Part shown: piece after piece, positions 57,446-64,000 of the stretch
Numbering within the stretch: the stretch's first letter is position 1
Layout: the number at the start of each line of letters is the position of its first letter
IMG/VR virus record: IMGVR_UViG_3300044639_001193
Span: 1-64,000 of that record
Length of the DNA stretch: 64,000 bases
Strand: one strand, 5' to 3'
Source of the DNA: a virus
Made by a program: the position numbers and the translations under genes
Notes under the pieces: generated by a model
Database searches by the model: none
Seen by the model: only the letters and a program-made list of their open reading frames with translations
What the model was told of the DNA's origin: nothing

Positions 57446-58016
57446 ACTTATAGAAGGCGGATTAAGTAAAGCAGGAGACATAGCGTTAGGTATAGACCAG
57501 TCGTTAACAGGTTTTGCTTTAACAGCATTAAGCGTAGAAGACCCCAGTAAACATTTAACGTGGGTTTATAAATCTCCTTATTTTGGTATTGAAAGATTAG
57601 TAGATATTAGACAGTGGTTAGTAGACCACTTTATGTGGTTTGAAGAACAGAATTTAGATGTAGTAGACATTGCAATGGAAGGCACAGTACTAGCCAGTCA
57701 TGCAGCCCTTGTATTGGGCGAGTTATCTGCAACAGTGCGGTTAGCAATATATGACCATTATGACGATTACTTACGATTCCCCCTTAAAGTTCCGCCAATG
57801 ACGTTGAAGAAATATGCAGCAGGCAAGGGCAATGCCAAGAAACAAGAGATGTTGTTACAAATCTACAAACGTTGGGGTATGGAGTTTAATGACGATAATG
57901 CTGCTGATTCGTACGCATTAGCCCGATTAGTATCAGGAAGCACTGATGGCGCTATTGAGGCAGCAATTGTTGAGCAAATGAAAGATGCCAAATACCGAGA
58001 CCAACCAGCGATTTAG
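57435..58016 (+). CDS. ruvC: RuvC-like Holliday junction resolvase
   Basis: LGIDQSLTG, AMEG, P..LKKYA.GKGNA.K and DNAADS. Confidence 0.85.
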   Translation: MPTKLIEGGLSKAGDIALGIDQSLTGFALTALSVEDPSKHLTWVYKSPYFGIERLVDIRQWLVDHFMWFEEQNLDVVDIAMEGTVLASHAALVLGELSATVRLAIYDHYDDYLRFPLKVPPMTLKKYAAGKGNAKKQEMLLQIYKRWGMEFNDDNAADSYALARLVSGSTDGAIEAAIVEQMKDAKYRDQPAI

Positions 58017-58069
58017 CCTTACCCTTTAGGTTAGGAGTGGCACACCAAACCGAACCAAAGGACTATAAA

Positions 58070-58360
58070 TTGAATACACCCCCTGAAGTATCTGCTGAAG
58101 AGCCGTTCCTACGTGTCAGCGCATCCTCAAATCCGCAGAGCGTTGCCTCAGCAATTGCTCATGCCATCTACGATAAGCATGAAGTAAAACTCCGTGCAGT
58201 AGGTGCAGGCGCAGTAAACCAAGCAGTTAAAGCAATTGCTATTGCCCGTGGATACGTGGCACCTCGTGGTATGGATTTAACAGATAAGCCAGGATTTACC
58301 ACCATTCAAAGTCGTGATGGTGAAATTTCCGCTATCGTGTTTCACATTACAGCGTCTTAA
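58070..58360 (+). CDS. spoVS: SpoVS-family (Alba-like fold) protein
   Basis: LRVSASSNPQSVASAIA...AVGAGAVNQAVKAIAIARG...PGF; likely TTG start at 58070 after AAAGGA. Confidence 0.9.
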   Translation: MNTPPEVSAEEPFLRVSASSNPQSVASAIAHAIYDKHEVKLRAVGAGAVNQAVKAIAIARGYVAPRGMDLTDKPGFTTIQSRDGEISAIVFHITAS

Positions 58361-58396
58361 AACAGCCTTATCCTTATCCAAGAGCAAGGAGTCAAA

Positions 58397-58855
58397 ATGG
58401 CACTATGGACATCAATGGGTCACGCAATGCGTCGTCGTATGGGCGCCCCATCCTCACATCATGAAGCGGCAGGTAAATCTATGAGTAAATCTGTTCCAAC
58501 AACAGAAGAGATTCTCGCTTCTGCAGCACATTCAAAGTCACCACGTCGCTACATGGGCATGGATGCAGCAAAGTTCACTAACGCAAGTGGTACACCTGAA
58601 AAGGGAAACCTTATGCCAAAGAAGAACGCACAAGCATCTGACCCAACAGCAGGCGGCAAGGCGAACAGAGCGAATGTTTCTGCAGGAAGCGCAGCACAAT
58701 CAGAACGTATGGGAGCACGTTACAACATTAACGTAAAGTTTCCTGTAGGTCATGACCCAGCAGCATCTGCAACAATGGGAAGTGCAAAAATTGTTCCATC
58801 AATTGCAGGGCGCCAAGCACCAAATTTTGGCGACGGGATTAGTAGCGTACGCTAA
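58397..58855 (+). CDS. hypothetical protein
   Basis: AAGGAG SD; first gene of a coupled run. Confidence 0.75.
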   Translation: MALWTSMGHAMRRRMGAPSSHHEAAGKSMSKSVPTTEEILASAAHSKSPRRYMGMDAAKFTNASGTPEKGNLMPKKNAQASDPTAGGKANRANVSAGSAAQSERMGARYNINVKFPVGHDPAASATMGSAKIVPSIAGRQAPNFGDGISSVR

Positions 58856-59124
58856 TGTCAATCCTATCTTCTTCAGAATTTATGGATGATAATTTTTCTG
58901 GTCAACCAACTCATCATGGCCCAGATACTGACCCACCATTGTCATTAAGTTCTAGCACCACAGGTTCTGCTAACCAAGCAACTGCTTGGCGTAACAGAGG
59001 CCTTGGTGGAGGAAGACCAATGTCTTACTCAAGCAAGACTCGTGGAACTACATTTAGTTTTGATGATGCAAAACAAACTACGTTACCAGAGGCAGATAAA
59101 GGCGCTAGTTTCGGAAAAGGATAG
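58855..59124 (+). CDS. hypothetical protein
   Basis: TAATG coupling; Ser/Thr-rich. Confidence 0.7.
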   Translation: MSILSSSEFMDDNFSGQPTHHGPDTDPPLSLSSSTTGSANQATAWRNRGLGGGRPMSYSSKTRGTTFSFDDAKQTTLPEADKGASFGKG

Positions 59125-59127
59125 TTT

Positions 59128-59664
59128 ATGGCAGGCGGCACTAACAACTATTCAGCCACACAAAACTGGCAATCACTTGGCGGCGGCGGTCTGTATGGTT
59201 ATAACAATCAAGGTGGTGCAGGAACTTCTGTAGCCCGTGACAGTATGGATGCTTCCCGCATTGGTGTGGGAAGAGTTCCGTCTGCAGAATATCCAGATGG
59301 TTACCTTGGTACTATTCGTTCACGTCGTGATGACCGTTTACTTGATAGCGTTAAGAATCGTGTAAACCAAAAAGCATATCAACGTGGTGTACACAAGGGT
59401 GAGCGTATTGAGCCATCCATGTATTTTTGGCCTGAAAACATTAACGATATGTCAGGCATTGAACGTCAAATGAAAGCAGCACGTGTACGCATCAATGGCG
59501 TCAACGTTTATCAAACAGAACGTGCTGCTCCACAAATTGGATTGACCCCTGCACCTCACCTAGTAAACGACGGTAAAGCAAACACAATTGCTACAGAGCC
59601 AGGACAAATCAATGAACGTCGCCAAGCAATGCTCGCTTACTTAAGGCCAGCGTGGTCTAATTGA
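59128..59664 (+). CDS. hypothetical protein
   Basis: PSAEYPDGYLGTIRSRRDDRL and YQRGVHKGERI blocks look conserved. Confidence 0.8.
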   Translation: MAGGTNNYSATQNWQSLGGGGLYGYNNQGGAGTSVARDSMDASRIGVGRVPSAEYPDGYLGTIRSRRDDRLLDSVKNRVNQKAYQRGVHKGERIEPSMYFWPENINDMSGIERQMKAARVRINGVNVYQTERAAPQIGLTPAPHLVNDGKANTIATEPGQINERRQAMLAYLRPAWSN

Positions 59665-60023
59665 CACAACATACTGATGGAGTATACGACTACACAAAAC
59701 CGTGGCGTCCACCAATCCAACCTGACCAGGTAGCAAAGCGTTACTCTTATAACGGCCCATGGTCAACGAATATGGAACGTTTAACTCAACAAGCCTTAAT
59801 GGTTATGCAAATTCCTGGTGCTGATATTCAAGCAATGGTTCGTCCACCATTGCCACAAATTCGTTTGTTTCCAGACCGTTATGGTTATGGAGACCGTCGT
59901 TCCCCAGGTATTGCAGACGTAGTAACTATTGACCGTGTGTATGCAGAGCCACGCATCTCTTGGTTCTCAGGAGGTCCTGCAGGATTTAGCGGAACATCTA
60001 CAAACTCTTTAGGCGGCATCTAA
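59661..60023 (+). CDS. hypothetical protein
   Basis: TTG-start ORF coupled to its neighbours. Confidence 0.7.
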   Translation: MTQHTDGVYDYTKPWRPPIQPDQVAKRYSYNGPWSTNMERLTQQALMVMQIPGADIQAMVRPPLPQIRLFPDRYGYGDRRSPGIADVVTIDRVYAEPRISWFSGGPAGFSGTSTNSLGGI

Positions 60024-60607
60024 TGTCTAAAGAAGATGCGTTTCCTCATTTTGTAGAGTACTCACCTAAAGAGGCTGGACACTTTAAAGCGTTTATTCAG
60101 CGTGCAAAAAAAGCAAGCCCAATGGGTGCAGCCGTTGATGTGCACAAAGTAAGTGACTACAAGAACATGCGTATGTTCTCAACTTCAGATGGATTAGCGG
60201 GGTACGCAGTAAACCAAGCAGGAGAAATTAACTCAGTATTTAAACATCCAGATGCACCGTATCAAAACGTTGCTCGCCATGCTGCAGAGCACGCTGTGTT
60301 AATGGCTGGTGGAACACACGCCTCAGCATTTGACCCTAAGTTGCCAGACATGTATGCCAAGGGTGGATTACGTCCACTGTCACACGTTCAATGGAATGAA
60401 GATTACAAACCACCTAAATGGAAAGTTAAAGCCCAAGGTCGCCCAGATGTAGCATTTTTAGGCGCAGACCGTTCCGTTGCTAGAGAAGCAAACTCAGGCA
60501 AGTTAAACTACAAAGCAATGAGTACTCCTGAAACAACAGATTACGACACAGGTATGGGACAAGCAAAAGCCCATGGCGAAGCAGAGACAAAGAAACGGGG
60601 TAAGTAA
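60023..60607 (+). CDS. GNAT-like domain protein (polyvalent-protein-associated type)
   Basis: DG.AGYAV...GEI.SVF...A...GG....AFD..LP..Y...G.......W...Y.P..W.....GRPDV.F. Confidence 0.5.
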   Translation: MSKEDAFPHFVEYSPKEAGHFKAFIQRAKKASPMGAAVDVHKVSDYKNMRMFSTSDGLAGYAVNQAGEINSVFKHPDAPYQNVARHAAEHAVLMAGGTHASAFDPKLPDMYAKGGLRPLSHVQWNEDYKPPKWKVKAQGRPDVAFLGADRSVAREANSGKLNYKAMSTPETTDYDTGMGQAKAHGEAETKKRGK

Positions 60608-60810
60608 TGGATATGGAAGGCGGCGGATTCCCGCTAGAAATTCAAGCCAAGCAAGTTGCAGAGAATGCAATGCGCTATGGCGGTTCATTGCCATGCCCAT
60701 CTTGCGGCGTTATTATGAACCCAATAGAAGCCATGTACAGCAAAGGTAATTGCGTTAAATGCTATAGCCAGATTCAAGCAAAGCGTGCTAAGAATCGTAT
60801 GGTTGGATAA
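60607..60810 (+). CDS. small zinc-finger protein
   Basis: CPSCG...CVKC. Confidence 0.7.
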   Translation: MDMEGGGFPLEIQAKQVAENAMRYGGSLPCPSCGVIMNPIEAMYSKGNCVKCYSQIQAKRAKNRMVG

Positions 60811-61841
60811 TGGCACGTAAAAAGAAGGTTATTAAAAGCGACGCTGCTAAAATGGACGTTGCTCCACATATACCGATGAGTGAAAAGTCAAAAGATATTG
60901 GTGCTGTCAAATCTTTAATTCCTGATTCTGCAGGAGTTGAAAAAATAGCAAGCATGGAACCAAATGCATTAAAAGAACATTTAAAGACTGCTCAACTTGA
61001 CCGTACAACAGTTGACGCCGTTATGAAACGTCACTTGGAAATTCAAGGTTCAAAACCTAAACCAGTTAAACCAGCCGTACTTCGTGACAAGACAACTGGA
61101 CGAGCAATCCCACGAGTTCCTGCAACTCCTACAAACGTTAAATCACCTGACCCTCAAACGCCAGGAAAAAGATTAACAGCGGTTACTGGAGAAACAATTC
61201 GTCCAGCAACAAACCCAGAATTAAAACGTGGAATTCCTTCCAGAGTTGTTCGTGACCAAACCAGACCAACACAATCGGCAGGTCCAAGTCTTCCACGTAT
61301 TGGTCAAATTTATAAACATAGCGATGGACGCATGATGCGTGTTAATCCAGAAAATATTGATGAAGTACACTCAGATGCAAAGCGCACAGTTTTGCCAACA
61401 GCAGGTCGTGACGTAATGATGCCAGAAGGTCGTCCAGCACCACTTCCAGGACCTCGTGGCGGAGTACGAGTTAACATTCCTAAAAACACCAAAGGTAACC
61501 GTTCTGGTCTTGGTGTTGACCACGCTACGGCAAAAGAACACGTGGATAGAGCAGTAGGCCACCTAGATGCTATGGCGTCGTCAGAGCACGGAAGCGGCGT
61601 TTACCGACAAGCCCAAAAGAGTTTTCAGGTTGTACATGGAGCAATTGGGGAAAAGAACATGTCCAAACCCATTCATACCATGCTTCAACTAGCCCATAAC
61701 CACATAGATAGCAAACTTCCTGGTACAGAAAAGATGTTAAACGCAACAAAAGAAGCCGTAGGAGATACACTTAAAGCAGGAAAAAAGGCAGAAGAGGAAC
61801 GTACGTTCCGCCAGATACAGACCGACAAAGGTGGTAACTAA
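60810..61841 (+). CDS. basic, Pro-rich hypothetical protein
   Basis: 343-aa ORF with TAATG coupling at both ends. Confidence 0.75.
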   Translation: MARKKKVIKSDAAKMDVAPHIPMSEKSKDIGAVKSLIPDSAGVEKIASMEPNALKEHLKTAQLDRTTVDAVMKRHLEIQGSKPKPVKPAVLRDKTTGRAIPRVPATPTNVKSPDPQTPGKRLTAVTGETIRPATNPELKRGIPSRVVRDQTRPTQSAGPSLPRIGQIYKHSDGRMMRVNPENIDEVHSDAKRTVLPTAGRDVMMPEGRPAPLPGPRGGVRVNIPKNTKGNRSGLGVDHATAKEHVDRAVGHLDAMASSEHGSGVYRQAQKSFQVVHGAIGEKNMSKPIHTMLQLAHNHIDSKLPGTEKMLNATKEAVGDTLKAGKKAEEERTFRQIQTDKGGN

Positions 61842-62200
61842 TGTTATTTAATGACCGTAAAAAAAAAGCAGCACCTAAACCTTCAATGAAACCTGCGATG
61901 AGCGAAGACGGTAAGTCTTATCAAGTCAGTAAAAACGTAACTGTACGAGGTTCCGCAAAGATGTCATTAGCAGGCAATGCTGGTCGTGGAAAGATTGACC
62001 CTAGAGATTTAAAAGGTGCAGCACAAGCAGTTCGTCAAAATGTAAATGCTGTTACTCCTATTTCAAAATCAGAAGCAAAAGCAAATGCTCGTGGACTAAA
62101 GGCTGCAAATTCAAAGAAACAACCTTCTCCTTTAAGTCAAAAGATTGCAAAGAAGATGTATCCAGCAGGAGTGCCAAAAGATAATAAAGGTGGTTACTAA
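61841..62200 (+). CDS. basic hypothetical protein with MLFNDRK N-terminus
   Basis: Coupled ORF; shared motif. Confidence 0.75.
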   Translation: MLFNDRKKKAAPKPSMKPAMSEDGKSYQVSKNVTVRGSAKMSLAGNAGRGKIDPRDLKGAAQAVRQNVNAVTPISKSEAKANARGLKAANSKKQPSPLSQKIAKKMYPAGVPKDNKGGY

Positions 62201-62201
62201 A

Positions 62202-62408
62202 ATGGCAGTTAATTCATCACGCTCAATGAACAAGTCTTTAGACGAGGGCGCAACAGATGGTAAGTACCGCAAGGTGCGTCCAGATACTGAAGTTATTCCA
62301 GGTCTTGGAGACTCAGCAACTGTAGACAACCGTGCATCACTCAACCCATTTTACAATTATGGTTTTGTAACAACAGAGTTTCCAACTAAGGTAAACCCAG
62401 GTAAGTAA
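62202..62408 (+). CDS. hypothetical protein
   Basis: ATG 62202 after AAAGGTGG; MAVNSSRSMNKSLDEGATDGKYRK... Confidence 0.75.
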   Translation: MAVNSSRSMNKSLDEGATDGKYRKVRPDTEVIPGLGDSATVDNRASLNPFYNYGFVTTEFPTKVNPGK

Positions 62409-62410
62409 CC

Positions 62411-62620
62411 GTGGAGTTCAATGACCGTAGGTCCGTACCTAAACACAAACACGAGTGGTATAGCGTGGGTGGCGATAATTATGGTCCTGTTTTTGATATG
62501 TGTGTAGCAAAAGAAGGTTGCACAGCAGAACGTCACAATGAAGAACGTAAAACTCCAAAAAGAGTAAACGGTTCAACATCGTTGTATGCAACACGCACTT
62601 ACCCTGAAGGAAAGAAGTAA
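62411..62620 (+). CDS. small protein with MEFNDRR N-terminus (His/Cys metal-binding candidate)
   Basis: GTG start; HKHEW...C....C. Confidence 0.7.
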   Translation: MEFNDRRSVPKHKHEWYSVGGDNYGPVFDMCVAKEGCTAERHNEERKTPKRVNGSTSLYATRTYPEGKK

Positions 62621-62622
62621 TC

Positions 62623-62835
62623 ATGGAGTTTAATGACCGTCGTAAATTTGTCACTAAAAAAACTGACAAAGGCATTCACGTTGAAGCAACCAATGACCGC
62701 AATGACTCTGGCGGTGCTATTTACGCAGTTGATTCAGCAGAAAAAGCCATTGAATTACACGCAGACCGTATAAAAAAACAATCGTTTGCTCCACGTAATA
62801 AGAAAAGACGTTCAAAGGGAAGGAACTACTTGTAA
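62623..62835 (+). CDS. small protein with MEFNDRR N-terminus
   Basis: Coupled ORF; shared motif. Confidence 0.7.
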   Translation: MEFNDRRKFVTKKTDKGIHVEATNDRNDSGGAIYAVDSAEKAIELHADRIKKQSFAPRNKKRRSKGRNYL

Positions 62836-62837
62836 TC

Positions 62838-63119
62838 ATGGCTGCATTTGACCCAAAAAAATCTGCAAGTGCAAATTACCTTGCTGGTCTTCAGGCTGCA
62901 CGTAAAGCCAGTGGAGCATTCTCTAAAGTACAACCTTTAATTGACGCTCACTTAAACCGCGACCGTTCAATTGACAAAAGTATTGTTTCTAAAAAAAGAA
63001 CACCTAAAAAGGCTACAGTTAAAAAACCAAACGAAATGGGTCCAACTAACTACACGCCAAAAAAAGGTAAAAATAAACCTAATCCAAATATTGAACATGC
63101 ACCAATAAGAGGTAAGTAA
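62838..63119 (+). CDS. basic hypothetical protein
   Basis: AAGGA SD; Lys-rich. Confidence 0.7.
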   Translation: MAAFDPKKSASANYLAGLQAARKASGAFSKVQPLIDAHLNRDRSIDKSIVSKKRTPKKATVKKPNEMGPTNYTPKKGKNKPNPNIEHAPIRGK

Positions 63120-63121
63120 CC

Positions 63122-63340
63122 ATGAGAACAGCGATAGGCGCACCAGACCCTGGTGATTTTGAGCGTAACCAACCTCATAATTTGTTCAATGACCGTCGCA
63201 TTGGCGGCAAATCAAAGAACCGTTCTTTTGCTCAATCTATTTTTACAAAGAAAAACCCACCAAGATTAAAACCAGACAAGAACCAACGTGGCGTTGAACG
63301 CGGCGGCGGTTGGTCAGAAGGGCCAATGTATAATGGCTAA
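63122..63340 (+). CDS. basic hypothetical protein with internal LFNDRR
   Basis: GAGGT SD; shared motif at 63182. Confidence 0.7.
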   Translation: MRTAIGAPDPGDFERNQPHNLFNDRRIGGKSKNRSFAQSIFTKKNPPRLKPDKNQRGVERGGGWSEGPMYNG

Positions 63341-63626
63341 AAAGATTAAGTACTCTGATATGTCGGTAGAAAAAGTGCGTCCATCTGGAGCCTACGTCAT
63401 TTCCCATTTATCTGACGGTGTATTGAACTCTAAGCAATACCAGGGGTACACTAAGAAACAAGCAATGAAATTACACAAAGATAATTACGAAAAGGGTTTA
63501 ACTCCACGTAAAGTTACGGCCCAAAATAAACGAGATGCTATGGACGCTGAACTTGGCGAATCGTATGCAGATAATGCTTTGGATAAAAAGATAAACAACA
63601 GATTTTCTAATGAAAGGAAAAAATAG
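63333..63626 (+). CDS. hypothetical protein
   Basis: ATG 63333 overlapping the previous stop; V...RPSGAYVIS......QYQGYTKKQA. Confidence 0.7.
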   Translation: MAKKIKYSDMSVEKVRPSGAYVISHLSDGVLNSKQYQGYTKKQAMKLHKDNYEKGLTPRKVTAQNKRDAMDAELGESYADNALDKKINNRFSNERKK

Positions 63627-63628
63627 TA

Positions 63629-63961
63629 ATGGCTAAAGCACGCAGAGTTACACACAAAACCGTAGGCGAAGCCGTTGCTAACCGTGAGCGCTTTGAAGGC
63701 CCAAGCAGCCGTGGTGGAGCACCTGACGAAGTAGGTAGTACACTTGGTCGTCTGTCTGAAGGCGAAGCCGAAACTATGAAACAGCACAATCCTTCGTATG
63801 TGGTAAAGTCATACGACACACCGATTGCGTGGCATTCAAGTGACTACGGATGGCACGTTGCTAACGACAAGCACAGCCAGACAACTTCACGTTTGCAGAA
63901 TAATATTCGTCGTTCATTGAACGGGCACTTTACGTCAGGGCACGACGCAGCAAAAAACTAG
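63629..63961 (+). CDS. hypothetical phage protein
   Basis: YVVKSYDTPIAW...S.TTSR.Q pattern recalled from actinophage hypothetical proteins; AAAGGA SD. Confidence 0.75.
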   Translation: MAKARRVTHKTVGEAVANRERFEGPSSRGGAPDEVGSTLGRLSEGEAETMKQHNPSYVVKSYDTPIAWHSSDYGWHVANDKHSQTTSRLQNNIRRSLNGHFTSGHDAAKN

Positions 63962-64000
63962 CAAAGATTTAAACCGAACACTATAAGGAGCACTATGAGT

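Noticed and set aside
3860-63121. Many proteins ending in -GK or -KK as a possible C-terminal sorting signal
   Set aside because: Better explained by SD-plus-stop-plus-start coupling sequences (for example GAGGTAAGTAATG) written into the last codons
1-64000. tRNA, rRNA, integrase, transposase or prophage boundary
   Set aside because: Intergenic gaps are short, and no cloverleaf with a TTCRA T-loop, recombinase motif or host gene was recognised by eye; tRNAscan would be needed to exclude tRNAs fully

Overview
The whole window is a gene-dense, entirely plus-strand segment of a contractile-tailed dsDNA phage (Caudoviricetes, myovirus-like). The host is most likely actinobacterial: the phage carries a WhiB and leaderless TAnnnT promoters. 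Its moderate GC (low 40s by eye, not computed) would fit freshwater Actinobacteria. Gene order: KTSC and small genes; terminase, portal, scaffold and N4-type major capsid protein; a ~15 kb block of collagen-like and glycine-rich fibre genes with an embedded glycosidase-like plus TPR-methyltransferase pair; neck genes and a cluster of tiny Lys-rich proteins; sheath, tube, chaperone, tape measure (M23 plus lysozyme-like) and baseplate; a replication/recombination module (HTH initiator, DnaC-like loader, DnaB, primase, SNF2, SSB, PolA, RecA, resolvases, WhiB, Cas4-like nuclease, dNMP kinase, SpoVS); and a run of small unknown genes. The most notable features are: a probable +1 frameshift at UUU_CGU in the tail chaperone; an array of small genes sharing an FNDRR motif; a duplicated three-gene Gly-rich cassette; proline-free Thr/Gln collagen next to a moron-like modification module; RNA hairpins with anti-SD loops or SD-sequestering switches; and an intragenic origin candidate with a perfect DnaA box. 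All calls come from reading motifs by eye; no database searches were run.
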